Position numbers and translations under genes: made by a program
Notes under the pieces: generated by a model
What the model was told of the DNA's origin: nothing
The model's input: the letters and a program-made list of their open reading frames with translations, nothing else
Database searches by the model: none
In this document: positions 51,465-61,469 of the stretch, in pieces
Layout of the letters: every line of letters begins with the position of its first letter
Numbering within the stretch: position 1 is the first letter of the stretch
NCBI GenBank assembly: GCA_963845565.1
Contig: CAWJSJ010000006.1
Span: forward strand, 43,386 to 107,385
Origin: an uncultured Methylomirabilota bacterium
GTDB lineage: Bacteria; Methylomirabilota; Methylomirabilia; Methylomirabilales; 2-02-FULL-66-22
Reading direction: 5' to 3'
Length of the DNA: 64,000 bases

Positions 51465-51505
51465 CCGGAAATCCGTGACGCGGGCGCTGGAAACGCTTTT
51501 TCGCC

Positions 51506-51668
51506 CAGGCTGCTCAAAAAGATCCAGATGCAAGGCGGCACGCTGATGCCGGGGTACCCAGCGCAGCTGGGTCCAGGCGTACTGGAGGTACGCCGCAGCG
51601 AGTGGCGAGGCGGGCCACACCCATCGGGACGATGGGTACCCGGCAGATGGGTCTTTTTCAGCGGTCTG
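51506..51668. mobile_element. ~163-bp MITE with imperfect 26-bp terminal inverted repeats
   Basis: caggctgctcaaaaagatccagatgc versus reverse complement of the right end, cagaccgctgaaaaagacccatctgc; the right TIR supplies the EamA stop. Confidence 0.75.
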
Positions 51669-52563
51669 CGAGGACCAGCCAGACGCTCAGCAGGATGACG
51701 CCGAGGCCGGCGAACAGGCCGAGCGTCACCGGTTCCTGCAGGAACAGGACGGCCCAGAGGAGGCCGAAGAGCGGGATCAGGAAGGTGACGGTCGAGGTCT
51801 TGGTGGGTCCGGTGTTGGCAATCAGCCGGAAGTAGATGAAGTAGGCGAGCACGGTGCAGGGGAGCGCCAGCGCCAGCAGCGAGAGCACGACGGGCCAGGT
51901 GGCGGCCTCCCGGGGCGGGGCGACGAGCATGAGAGGCGCCAGGAGGACGGCGCCCCCGCAGACCTGACCCGCGGCCGCTTGAAGCGGGGTGAGGTCGCCG
52001 AAGCGCTTGCGCGCATAGACCGCCGTCAGCCCGTACGACAGCGCCGCGAGCAGCGCTTGTCCCGTGGCCAGCAGGGTCGTGGGCGTGACGGGCAGGGGGC
52101 TCCACCCCACCAGGATCGAGACCCCGCCGATGCCCAGGCCGGCACCGAGGATCTTGCGAAAGCCCAGGGCCTCGCGCAGCCAGAGCGCCGAGACGATGGT
52201 AGTGAAGAGGGGAACGGCGGCATTCAGGACCCCCGCGATGGACGCGTTGAGGTGAATGGTCGCGTTGCCGATGAGCACGAAGGGGATGGCGTTGCCAACG
52301 GCCCCGATCAGGAGGAACTGCCGCCAGCGTGTCCGGAAATCCGGCGTCTGCCCGAGGCTCTTGGCGATGGCCAGCAGCAGGCCGCCCGCGATGATCACGC
52401 GGATGGCCATCAGGGAGACGGCACCGAGGGCCGGGCCGGCGATCCGCATGAAGATATAGGAGGCCCCCCAGAGGGCGCCCAGCAGCGTGAGCAGCATCAG
52501 GTCGAGCAGGGACATGGGCAGGTGTCTGTACCGGCGAGAGGCCGGGGTGGCTGCCGGGCGCAT
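51658..52563 (-). CDS. EamA/DMT family transporter (start may be 52515)
   Basis: LGALWGASY, NAIPFVL, CTVLAYFIYFRL, VTFLIP; about 10 TM helices. Confidence 0.88.
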   Translation of the reverse strand: MRPAATPASRRYRHLPMSLLDLMLLTLLGALWGASYIFMRIAGPALGAVSLMAIRVIIAGGLLLAIAKSLGQTPDFRTRWRQFLLIGAVGNAIPFVLIGNATIHLNASIAGVLNAAVPLFTTIVSALWLREALGFRKILGAGLGIGGVSILVGWSPLPVTPTTLLATGQALLAALSYGLTAVYARKRFGDLTPLQAAAGQVCGGAVLLAPLMLVAPPREAATWPVVLSLLALALPCTVLAYFIYFRLIANTGPTKTSTVTFLIPLFGLLWAVLFLQEPVTLGLFAGLGVILLSVWLVLADR

Positions 52564-52654
52564 GGGTGTCCGTCCGTGGAGGTGTCGGTCGATACGGCCG
52601 GGGCAGCATATGCCGCGGCGATGGGGCCGTCAACGACAAAGGGCGGGAATGACC

Positions 52655-52683
52655 TTGACAGGCGGCCGATCTCTGCATAGTTT
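52655..52683 (+). promoter_or_regulatory. Putative sigma70 promoter
   Basis: TTGACA-N17-TAGTTT. Confidence 0.6.
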
Positions 52684-52823
52684 CCGGCAGGCGCGAGGCG
52701 CGACCTCGACGCAGGGGCGGGAGTGATCGTCTGAGTGTCTGCCGTCTTTGATTCGTTGGACCACGGGGATGCCAATCGCTTTCGTCAGATATCGGCCGGA
52801 TTTCGCGGCGGTATGAGGATGCC

Positions 52824-53780
52824 GTGGATACTGTGACCGCCCTCCGGGAGTCGCCGATCATCCTGACCGAAGGGGCGCTCATCGAGCGCCTGCGACGCGA
52901 TCCGGCCGTCTCGCTAGATCCCCACGCGCTCCATGCCGGTTTCGTCTATGATGAGGGCGGCCGCCGAGCGTTGCGCGGGCTGTATCGGCAGTATCTCGAT
53001 ATCGGATTGGCGGCCGATCTCCCCATGATCGTCTGCACGCCGACCTGGCGAGCCAACCCGGTCCGGTTGCGACAGGCCGGCCTGGCCGGCCGGGATGTCA
53101 ACGGCGACGGTGCACGTTTTGTGGCCGCGATTCGCGATGAGTACGGCGCCTATGCCCGCCGGGTGTTTCTCGGCGGACTGCTCGGGTGCGCGGGCGATGC
53201 CTACAAGCCCGAGGAGGGACTGCCTGCGGATGAGGCCGCCCGCTTCCATGGGGTGCAAGCCACGGCGTTGGCGACGGCCGGTGTCGATTTCTTATTTGCT
53301 GCGACGCTGCCCAGTACCGACGAGGCTCTGGGGATGGCCCGCGCCATGGCGGCCTGCCGGATTCCGTACGTGGTGAGCTTCGTTCTGCAGCGTGACGGAC
53401 GGTTGCTGGACCGGATCCCGCTCCACCAGGCCGTCGCGACGATCGATGCCGCCGCGAGTCCGCGCCCGCTCTTCTACATGGCGAACTGCGTCCATCCCCA
53501 CGTGTTCGAGGCGGCACTGGCGTCCGAGATCTCTCGCTCCCGCAGCGTCCACGAGCGGGTGATCGGCCTCCAGGCGAATACCTCGATGCGGAGTCCAGAC
53601 GAACTGGACGGCCGCGGCGAGGTGGACCCGGGCGACGGGCCCGAGGCGCTCGCCAACGCGATGCTCCGCCTGCGCCGTCGGTTCGGCACCAGGGTCCTCG
53701 GCGGCTGTTGCGGGACCGATGATCGTCACATCGCGTGGATCGCGCGGCGCGCGCAGGAGAGCGTGAGGCCCATTCTGTAG
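52824..53780 (+). CDS. Homocysteine S-methyltransferase family protein
   Basis: ILTEGA, TPTWRAN, ANCVHP, GGCCGT zinc-binding motif. Confidence 0.88.
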   Translation: MDTVTALRESPIILTEGALIERLRRDPAVSLDPHALHAGFVYDEGGRRALRGLYRQYLDIGLAADLPMIVCTPTWRANPVRLRQAGLAGRDVNGDGARFVAAIRDEYGAYARRVFLGGLLGCAGDAYKPEEGLPADEAARFHGVQATALATAGVDFLFAATLPSTDEALGMARAMAACRIPYVVSFVLQRDGRLLDRIPLHQAVATIDAAASPRPLFYMANCVHPHVFEAALASEISRSRSVHERVIGLQANTSMRSPDELDGRGEVDPGDGPEALANAMLRLRRRFGTRVLGGCCGTDDRHIAWIARRAQESVRPIL

Positions 53781-53811
53781 ATTGCCAAGGCCCTCTCGGC
53801 GGGAGGACGGT

Positions 53812-54009
53812 ATGACGGATCCAAAGAACACCCTGATCACGAGGACGCTCGCGGCCGTGTGCAGCCACTGTCCCATCTGCAATCACGCGCGCGCCCACCC
53901 CGAGTCCTGGCTCGGCCGTGTGCTGCACCATCCGATCCACGCCGACCATTGCCCTTTCTGGAAGGCGGAGCGAGACGTCGCCGGTCCCCGCGCGACCCCA
54001 CCGTCATGA
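53812..54009 (+). CDS. Small Cys/His-rich hypothetical protein (65 aa)
   Basis: GGAGG SD; CSHCPIC and HHPIHADHCPF. Confidence 0.62.
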   Translation: MTDPKNTLITRTLAAVCSHCPICNHARAHPESWLGRVLHHPIHADHCPFWKAERDVAGPRATPPS

Positions 54010-54105
54010 CGCGCCGCCCGCCGAGACGTCGAGCACGTCGAGCCTAACACTTGCGCCATCGGCCGGCTTCTGATATAGGTTGCACCCGGAGGCTTCGCCG
54101 ACGCC

Positions 54106-55452
54106 ATGGATCCTATCCTGCTGTCCCGTATCCAGTTCGGCCTGACGATCTCCTTTCACTATATCTTCCCGCCGCTCAGCATCGGACTCGGCGTCATCCT
54201 GGTGTTGATGGAGGCGCTCTACCTCAAGACCCGCAACCCGCTCTTCCAGCAGATGACCCGGTTCTGGACGCGGATCTTCGGGCTCACGTTCGCCCTGGGT
54301 GTCGCCACCGGCATCGTGATGGAGTTCCAGTTCGGAACGAACTGGTCGAACTACTCCCGCTTCGTGGGGGACGTGTTCGGTAGCGCCCTGGCTGCCGAGG
54401 GGATCTTCGCGTTCTTCCTGGAATCCGGCTTCCTGGCGATCCTGCTGTTCGGGTGGGACAAGGTGGGCCCCCGTATGCACATGTTCTCCACGGTCATGGT
54501 GGCGCTGGGTGCGCACTTCAGCGCCGTCTGGATCGTGGTGGCCGACTCCTGGATGCAGACGCCCGCGGGCTTCCACGTCGTGCAAAGCGCGCTCAGGCAG
54601 CGGGCGGAGATCGTGGACTTCTGGGCCATGGTCTTCAACCCGTCCGCCATGATCCGGCTGGCCCATACGGTGCTCGGGGCGTGGCAGGCCGCGGCCTTCT
54701 TGGTTCTGTCGGTGAGCGCCTATTATCTCTTGAAGCGCCGCCACCTGGATTTCGCCAAGGCCTCCATGCGGATCGGACTGGTGGTGGCCCTGGTTGCCTC
54801 GGTGGCCTCGTTCATCACGGGCCACGAGAGCGCGTTGGTGGTCAGCAAGTACCAACCGGCGAAGCTGGCGGCCATGGAGGGGCATCTCCCGGCGTCGGCC
54901 CCGGCGGGGCTTTCGCTCTTTGGTTGGGTGGACGAGGAAGCCCAGCGATTTGTCGGCGTGAGCATCCCGGGCATGTTGAGCTTCCTGGTGCACGGGGATG
55001 CCACCAAGCCGGTGACCGGGCTGCAGGCGTTCCCGCCGCAGGATCGCCCGCCGGTCAATCCGGTCTTCCAGGCCTACCACGCGATGATCGGCATCGGGAT
55101 GGGCTTGATCGGCCTCAGCCTGCTGGGCGTCTTTCTCTGGTGGCGGGGCAGCCTCTTCGAGACCCGCTGGCTCCTGTGGGTGTTCGTCTTCGCGGTCCTC
55201 GGCCCGCAGGTGGCGAACCAGCTCGGCTGGTTCACCGCCGAGGTCGGTCGCCAACCGTGGATCGTGTACGGCCTGATGCGGACGGCCGACGCGGTCTCTC
55301 CAGTGGTCACCAGCGGCCAGATTCTCGCGTCGCTGATGCTCTTCCTGCTGATTTACCTCGCCCTCTTCATCCTCTTTGTCTATTTGTTGGATCAGAAGAT
55401 TCGACACGGTCCGCTGGCCGACGACCTGGACGTGGCGTACCACCAGAGGTGA
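54106..55452 (+). CDS. cydA: Cytochrome bd ubiquinol oxidase subunit I
   Basis: [33 protein letters not shown]. Confidence 0.96.
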   Translation: MDPILLSRIQFGLTISFHYIFPPLSIGLGVILVLMEALYLKTRNPLFQQMTRFWTRIFGLTFALGVATGIVMEFQFGTNWSNYSRFVGDVFGSALAAEGIFAFFLESGFLAILLFGWDKVGPRMHMFSTVMVALGAHFSAVWIVVADSWMQTPAGFHVVQSALRQRAEIVDFWAMVFNPSAMIRLAHTVLGAWQAAAFLVLSVSAYYLLKRRHLDFAKASMRIGLVVALVASVASFITGHESALVVSKYQPAKLAAMEGHLPASAPAGLSLFGWVDEEAQRFVGVSIPGMLSFLVHGDATKPVTGLQAFPPQDRPPVNPVFQAYHAMIGIGMGLIGLSLLGVFLWWRGSLFETRWLLWVFVFAVLGPQVANQLGWFTAEVGRQPWIVYGLMRTADAVSPVVTSGQILASLMLFLLIYLALFILFVYLLDQKIRHGPLADDLDVAYHQR

Positions 55453-55454
55453 CG

Positions 55455-56477
55455 ATGGCGCTCGATCTGAACACGACGTGGTTCGGACTGGTGGGGATAC
55501 TCCTGACCGGGTATGCCATCCTGGACGGCTTCGATCTCGGCGTGGGCGCGCTGCACCTGCTCACACGGCGGGACGAGCATCGGCGGTTGATGATCAACGC
55601 CATCGGACCGGTGTGGGACGGCAACGAGGTCTGGCTGGTGACGGGCGGCGGCGCCCTGTTCGCCGCCTTTCCCGAAGTGTACGCCACCGTGTTCTCGGGG
55701 TTCTATCTTGCCTTCATGCTGTTGCTTTGTATGCTGATCTTCCGTGCCGTGGCCATCGAGTTCCGCAGCAAGCAACCGATGGGCGGGTGGCGGACCGTGT
55801 GGGACGTCAGTTTCTCGGTGGCCAGCATCGGATGCAGCCTGCTCCTGGGAGTGGCTTTCGGCAACATCATCTGGGGGGTGCCGCTGGACGCCCAGCGGGA
55901 ATTCGCGGGCTCGTTCCTGGGTCTGCTCCACCCGTATGCGCTGCTGGTCGGCGTCACCACGGTCGCGCTGTTCATGATGCACGGCGCGATCTACGTCGTC
56001 TTGAAGACGGACGGGGAATTGCACCAGATCGCCCGCGGCTGGATCAACAACACGATCATATTCTTCATCATTTGCTACGGCATGACCACCATGGCCACAC
56101 TCCTGTATTTGCCGCACATGAGCCAGCACATGCAGCGGTACCCGGTGTTGTTCGTCGTGCCGATGCTCACCATGCTGGCCATCGCCAACATTCCTCGGGA
56201 GATCCACCACGGCCGCGATTTTCTGGCGTTTCTGTCCTCGAGTGCGACGATCGTGGGTCTCATGGCGCTGGTCGCCATCGGGATTTTCCCCACGCTGGTC
56301 CTGTCCCGGCCGAACCCGGACCTCAGCCTGACGATCTACAATGCCGCCTCATCGCCGAAGACGCTCTCCATCATGCTGGTGATCGCCCTCATCGGCGTCC
56401 CCATCGTCCTGGCCTACACCAGCAGCATCTATTACATCTTCCGGGGCAAGGTGAAGCTCGACGCGATGAGCTATTGA
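55455..56477 (+). CDS. cydB: Cytochrome bd ubiquinol oxidase subunit II
   Basis: YAILDGFDLGVG, IGPVWDGNEVWLV, LTIYNAASS. Confidence 0.96.
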   Translation: MALDLNTTWFGLVGILLTGYAILDGFDLGVGALHLLTRRDEHRRLMINAIGPVWDGNEVWLVTGGGALFAAFPEVYATVFSGFYLAFMLLLCMLIFRAVAIEFRSKQPMGGWRTVWDVSFSVASIGCSLLLGVAFGNIIWGVPLDAQREFAGSFLGLLHPYALLVGVTTVALFMMHGAIYVVLKTDGELHQIARGWINNTIIFFIICYGMTTMATLLYLPHMSQHMQRYPVLFVVPMLTMLAIANIPREIHHGRDFLAFLSSSATIVGLMALVAIGIFPTLVLSRPNPDLSLTIYNAASSPKTLSIMLVIALIGVPIVLAYTSSIYYIFRGKVKLDAMSY

Positions 56478-56553
56478 GGCTGCCTCGGGACGCGGCCGCG
56501 GGCGACAAACGGACACGGCATTCCGCGGGGCGAGGCGGGGAGAGGGGCGGGCC

Positions 56554-57447
56554 ATGAAGACCCTGCAATGCGTGCCGAATTTCAGCGAGGGGCGAGACCC
56601 GAATTTCCTGCGGGAACTCCAGACCGTCCTGGCGCGCCATCCGGTCAAGGTCCTCGATGTCTCCATGAACAAGGACCACAACCGGGCCGACGCCACCTTC
56701 CTGGGCGCACCCGACGCCGTGGAGGCCGCCGCCATGGCGGTCGCATCGCGCGCCTTGGAACTCATCGATATGCGGACGCACAAGGGCAGTCATCCCCGCA
56801 TGGGCGCTGTGGACGTCGTGCCGTTCGTACCGATGCGGGGCATGACGATGGTCGAGGCGGTGGAGATCGCGCGGCGATTCGGTAGGGCCTTTGCCGAGCG
56901 GCATGGGATCCCGGTCTTCTTCTACGAGGAGGCGTGCACCGCCGAGGCGCGTCGGAGCCTGGCCGACATCCGGAAGGGGGAGTACGAGGGGATGCCCCGG
57001 AAGCTCCAGGATCCGGCGTGGATCGCGGACGCCGGCCCCCAGCAGGTCAATGCGAGATCCGGCGTGACAGCGGTCGGCGCCCGCATGCCCCTCATCGCCT
57101 TCAACGTGAATCTGCACACCGACGACGTGGAGGTCGCCAAGAAGATCGCCAACGCCGTCCGGCACGTCGGCGGTGGCCTGCGGTTCGTGCGGGCCATCGG
57201 GCTCCGACTGGAAGACAAGGGGATCGTCCAGGTCTCCATGAACCTCCTGAACTACCACAAGACTCCCATCCACCGGGCGCTGGAGTTGATCAAGGCCGAG
57301 GCGGCCCGTTACGGGGTGCTGGTGAAAGGGTGCGAACTGGTGGGGATGATTCCCATCGAGGCCCTGGAAGAGGTCGCCAGCTACTATCTGCAGATTCCCG
57401 GTTTCAACTCCAGACAGGTCATCGAGTATCATCTGCTGCCGGATTGA
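56554..57447 (+). CDS. ftcD: Glutamate formimidoyltransferase
   Basis: CVPNFSEGR, DHNR, HKGSHPRMGAVDVVPFVP, IAFNVNL, QVSMNL. Confidence 0.92.
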   Translation: MKTLQCVPNFSEGRDPNFLRELQTVLARHPVKVLDVSMNKDHNRADATFLGAPDAVEAAAMAVASRALELIDMRTHKGSHPRMGAVDVVPFVPMRGMTMVEAVEIARRFGRAFAERHGIPVFFYEEACTAEARRSLADIRKGEYEGMPRKLQDPAWIADAGPQQVNARSGVTAVGARMPLIAFNVNLHTDDVEVAKKIANAVRHVGGGLRFVRAIGLRLEDKGIVQVSMNLLNYHKTPIHRALELIKAEAARYGVLVKGCELVGMIPIEALEEVASYYLQIPGFNSRQVIEYHLLPD

Positions 57448-57597
57448 GTCGCGCCCAGGCGGCGGCACCTCCGCCCGACGTTGTGCGTACCGTGGCGAGC
57501 GTCGGATCCTCCCGCCGTTTTCCTCTTCCCCTCCGAGTTCGAGGATCCCTCCCGCGCCTCGCCCCTGGCCGGTTCCGTGGTCGCGCCGCCCTGCGCG

Positions 57598-58125
57598 CTA
57601 TCCGGACGAGAGGTACGCAGCGATGCGTTCGTGCAGGCGCGCCTTCCGCGTGGTCAGGAGCACGGCCCCGCCAAACCCGACCTCGTTCGCGAACGAGACG
57701 ACACGGCGTCCAATCCGCATCGCCGGTGTGCCGATTTCCCCCACCCGAAAGACGACCCGACCGACCGGTCGCGACAACCCTTCTGCCCTGAACGGCCCGC
57801 CGGTGTGATACAAGTCCTCCACGTCCGCCGGTAAGACCCGCGGCGGCTCGCGTCCGGAGGGATCGCCAAAGGTGATCGCGGTGAGCGTCAGGACACCGTT
57901 GCCGGCCACGAACACCTCGGTCACCGGCAAACCAAACAGGGAATTGGTCCAAGAGAGGACTACCTGGTCGCCGTCGGACAGGAGCTGGGAAACGATCCTC
58001 CGCCCGGTTCCCGCATCCGTCAGTTCGAGCCAGGTGGACTCCGGCGGAGCGAGCCTCCACGCTGCGAGCGCGAGGACCGGGAGGAAGATCAGACACGCGG
58101 CCAGGACGCGACGCGGACTTCGCAT
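57598..58125 (-). CDS. DUF1850-like TAXI-TRAP accessory protein
   Basis: N-terminal TM segment, LSWTNSL...VTEVF; directly downstream of the TAXI SBP. Confidence 0.6.
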   Translation of the reverse strand: MRSPRRVLAACLIFLPVLALAAWRLAPPESTWLELTDAGTGRRIVSQLLSDGDQVVLSWTNSLFGLPVTEVFVAGNGVLTLTAITFGDPSGREPPRVLPADVEDLYHTGGPFRAEGLSRPVGRVVFRVGEIGTPAMRIGRRVVSFANEVGFGGAVLLTTRKARLHERIAAYLSSG

Positions 58126-58126
58126 C

Positions 58127-58231
58127 TAGGAGCCGTTACGAGCTAATCCGTCCATGGTGTGTAATTTCGTTACGGCTCCTTATGCCGTTTCCGGAATTAC
58201 TCCGGTCAAGCCAATCTGTGACAACGGCTTA
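58127..58231. repeat. ~105-bp palindromic REP/MITE-like element, copy 2
   Basis: taggagccgttacgagct...atttcgttacggctcctta tgccgtt...gacaacggctta; ends in the TAXI SBP stop. Confidence 0.85.
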
Positions 58232-59215
58232 CTTGAGCGCACCCTTTTCCTTGAAGAACTTCTCAGCGCCGGGGTGCAGGTACTTGACCGCCTCGGGGGT
58301 CATCTGGGCGATGGATTTTGCGGGCGTCAGCTTCGTGGCGTCCTTCCATACGGCAGAGATCTCCGTGGTGTTGGCGAAGATCGCGCTCAGGATCTGATAC
58401 ATCTTGTCCGCGGGGAAGCTCTCCATGGCGTTCACCACCGCGGTAATGGCGATGGCCTCTACGTCCTTGTCCACGGCGCTGTAGCCGCCCTTGGCGAACA
58501 CCGTCTTGTGGAATACCGCGGGGTTCGCCTTCATGATCCTGTCGGCCTCCTCGCCGCCCACCGGGAGCAGCACCATCTTGAGGCCGGGAGTGCTGGACAG
58601 GTCGATGATGGACGATGTGGGCACCGCGCCGCTCCAGAAGAAGGCGTCGATCTTGCCATCCTTCAACGCCGCCACGGATTCCGAGGCGCCCAGCTTCTCG
58701 CGGGTGAAGTCCTTGTTCCAGTCTATCCCCAACGCCTTCAGGACGTAGTCGGCCTGCTCCTCGGTTCCGCTGTTGGGCGCGCCGACCGACACCCGCCTCT
58801 TCCTGAGGTCCATGACGGACTTGATGCCGGTACCCTCCTTGGTCACGATGTGCAGCGGCTGCTCGTAGAAGCTGAGCACGACACGCACGGGCTGTTTCTT
58901 GCCCAGCTCCTTCACCATCTTCCCTTCGTTGGCCCAGACCGCGTGGTAGTCGTAGGCGAAAGCCATCCCCGCCTTGCCCGCCACCAGAAGCTTCAGGTTG
59001 TCGATGGCGGCGGTGGTGGCCTCGGAGGTTGCGTCCGTGTTAGGCACGTTCTTTCCGATGACTCCGCCCATGGCTCCGCCCAGGGGGTACCAGACACCGC
59101 CGGTGCCGCCGGTCACGATGCTGAAGGAGAGTTTCTCTCCGGCCGACGCAACTCCGGGCAGGAGTACGACGGCGAAGATGAAGAGCAGCTCGAATTGCCA
59201 TGTGCGACGCTTCAT
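58229..59215 (-). CDS. TAXI-family TRAP transporter solute-binding protein
   Basis: TGGTGGVWYPLGG, VSVGAPNSGT, ALKDGKIDAFF, LHPGAEKFFKE. Confidence 0.92.
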   Translation of the reverse strand: MKRRTWQFELLFIFAVVLLPGVASAGEKLSFSIVTGGTGGVWYPLGGAMGGVIGKNVPNTDATSEATTAAIDNLKLLVAGKAGMAFAYDYHAVWANEGKMVKELGKKQPVRVVLSFYEQPLHIVTKEGTGIKSVMDLRKRRVSVGAPNSGTEEQADYVLKALGIDWNKDFTREKLGASESVAALKDGKIDAFFWSGAVPTSSIIDLSSTPGLKMVLLPVGGEEADRIMKANPAVFHKTVFAKGGYSAVDKDVEAIAITAVVNAMESFPADKMYQILSAIFANTTEISAVWKDATKLTPAKSIAQMTPEAVKYLHPGAEKFFKEKGALK

Positions 59216-59269
59216 GACCTACCTCCTGAATGGGATTGAGAGGACATACCTGTGCTCCAGTGTTCGTGC

Positions 59270-61162
59270 TCAGATGCGGGCGGCCGCTCGGGCGTCAGAC
59301 TTTGCGAACGTCATCCAGTTCCGCACCGCGATGCCGGCCCCGACGACCGTGGGCGCGAGCCCCAGCAGAGTGAACTCGAGAGGGTCGAGAACCATGATAC
59401 AGGCGATCGCGATGAGTAAGACTCGCTCCAGAAGGGATACCGGGCCGCGGAAGTATCCCACGATGCCGAGGGAGAGCAGGAACAGGGCGACCGTGCTGGA
59501 GATCGTGGCCAGCAGGAAGCCGACCGGGGTGGCCCCGATGATGAGCAGGTTGGCGCCCTCGGGGGACGCCGCGAAGAGGAACGGGACGAGAAAGGCCGGC
59601 AGGGAATACTTCCAGGCTTGCATCATTGCGCCGAAGGGGTTGCCGCCGGTGACGGCGGCCGCGGCCGACGGCGACAACCCGACGGGGGGCGAGACCTCGG
59701 ACAGGACGGCGAAGTAGAACGCGAGCAAGTGGGCGACGTGGGCCGGCATGCCCACCTTGACCAGCGCCGGGGCGACCATGACCACCGTCATGATGTAGGT
59801 GGCCGTGATGGGCAGGCTGAGGCCGATGAGGAAGGAGGCGACCATCGCCAGGAACAGGGCCAGGATGGGCACGCCGCCACTCAGGGACATGATGAGGCTC
59901 GAGACCTTGAGTCCCAGGCCGGTCAAGGAAAACGTCCCGACGATCAGGCCGGCCGCCGCCAGCAGTCCCGCCACCGGCAGCATGTTGGCGGCGCCCTCCA
60001 CCGTGGCCCCCCAGAGCCGACGGGGCGTCAGCCATTCGGCGCGGTCCTTGCTCAGGAAACTGGTGAGGACGGTTGTGAGGATCGCCCAGATGGCCGAGTC
60101 TTCCGGGGACCGGCCATATCCGAGCAGGATGACCAGGACGATCAGTGAGATCAGGTGGTAGCCTCGCGTGCGCATCACCGCGCCCAACGTCTTCCCGGTG
60201 GCCTCGGGAGCCGCGAAATTGAACTTGCGCGCCTCGAACTCGACCATGAAGAAGGTGCCCACGTAGTAGAGGAGCGTGGGTACGGTGACCATCACCACCA
60301 CGTCCCAGAAGGAGACTCCCAGGAACTGCATGATGAGGAACGCGGCGGCGCCCATGAGGGGCGGCGACAGGACGGCCCCGATGCCGCCGGCGGAGATGAG
60401 CCCTGCGGCCATGTTCGGGGAATACCCGGCCTGCTTCAGGATCGGCCACATGATCGGCGACACCGACATGGTGGTTGCCACGCCGCTTCCCTGCGGGCCG
60501 CCCAGGAGCGCCGTGGTGATGACGGCGCCGCGGCCGGCGCTGGCGGGGCCGCGCCCCATTACGGCCAGCGACATCTCCAGCCAGAAGTTCCCGGCTCCGG
60601 CCGCGTCCATGAGGGTGCCGTAGACCACGAACAGTGTCACGAAGGAGACGCTGACGGAGAGCGGCACGCCGAAGATACCCTCCAGGGTCATGTACGAGTG
60701 GCCGACGATCCGGTCCAGGTCGTAGCCCTTGTGGGACAGCGGGCCAGGGATGAATCGACCGAAGTAGACGTACAGCAGGAATCCGACCAGCACCAGCGTG
60801 AACGCGCCCCCCACGACCCGACGGGAGATCTCGACCAGCAGGATGATGGCCACGATCCCCAGCCAGAAATCCGCGGGCTCGGGCACCGTGGAGCGCCGGA
60901 TGAATTGGTCCAGGTCAATGAACGCGTACGCGATGCACGCGACGCCCAGGATCGCCAGGCTGACGTCCATCCAGCGCGTCCAGGGTTTGGCGTCCTTCGA
61001 CACGGGATAGACGAGGAATGACAGGGCGTAGATGAAGGCCATATGGACCATGCGGAACAGGTACGTCTCGACCGGGACCACCGCGCCGTACAGCGACCAG
61101 GCTACGAAGGCCACGTACAGAAGGGCGACGAGCCGCGGGGTTCGTTCTTCTTGTTCTGGCAT
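59270..61162 (-). CDS. TRAP transporter fused 4TM/12TM permease (TAXI type)
   Basis: EGIFGVP, PPLMGAAAF, AHLLAFYFAVLSEVSPPV. Confidence 0.92.
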   Translation of the reverse strand: MPEQEERTPRLVALLYVAFVAWSLYGAVVPVETYLFRMVHMAFIYALSFLVYPVSKDAKPWTRWMDVSLAILGVACIAYAFIDLDQFIRRSTVPEPADFWLGIVAIILLVEISRRVVGGAFTLVLVGFLLYVYFGRFIPGPLSHKGYDLDRIVGHSYMTLEGIFGVPLSVSVSFVTLFVVYGTLMDAAGAGNFWLEMSLAVMGRGPASAGRGAVITTALLGGPQGSGVATTMSVSPIMWPILKQAGYSPNMAAGLISAGGIGAVLSPPLMGAAAFLIMQFLGVSFWDVVVMVTVPTLLYYVGTFFMVEFEARKFNFAAPEATGKTLGAVMRTRGYHLISLIVLVILLGYGRSPEDSAIWAILTTVLTSFLSKDRAEWLTPRRLWGATVEGAANMLPVAGLLAAAGLIVGTFSLTGLGLKVSSLIMSLSGGVPILALFLAMVASFLIGLSLPITATYIMTVVMVAPALVKVGMPAHVAHLLAFYFAVLSEVSPPVGLSPSAAAAVTGGNPFGAMMQAWKYSLPAFLVPFLFAASPEGANLLIIGATPVGFLLATISSTVALFLLSLGIVGYFRGPVSLLERVLLIAIACIMVLDPLEFTLLGLAPTVVGAGIAVRNWMTFAKSDARAAARI

Positions 61163-61469
61163 GGGTCGTCCCTTTCTGCCGGTCCCGTGCGAGCTCCGAC
61201 CTCCGCATGCGATACCGTCGGCGCAGGGTGATCCGGGAAGCTACCGGGCCACCCGAGGAGCGCGCGGCCGTGCAGCCGAAACACCTTGGAGCGCTTGCGG
61301 GTTCACAGACCGGCTCCTATGTACCTCAGACCCAATTTGTCGCGCAAGTGAATTGTCCCGGGGCGGGCCGGGCGGCACCGAGACGGGTGGTGATGGCGGT
61401 GAGTTCTGGAAGCGGCGTTGCACTGTTTTCTCATTGACAAATGATTTTACTGTGTCATTTTATTCTCAT

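Noticed and set aside
52684..52823. SAM/SAH riboswitch upstream of the homocysteine methyltransferase
   Set aside because: No recognisable SAM-I, SAM-II or SAH consensus by eye; an Rfam scan would be needed.
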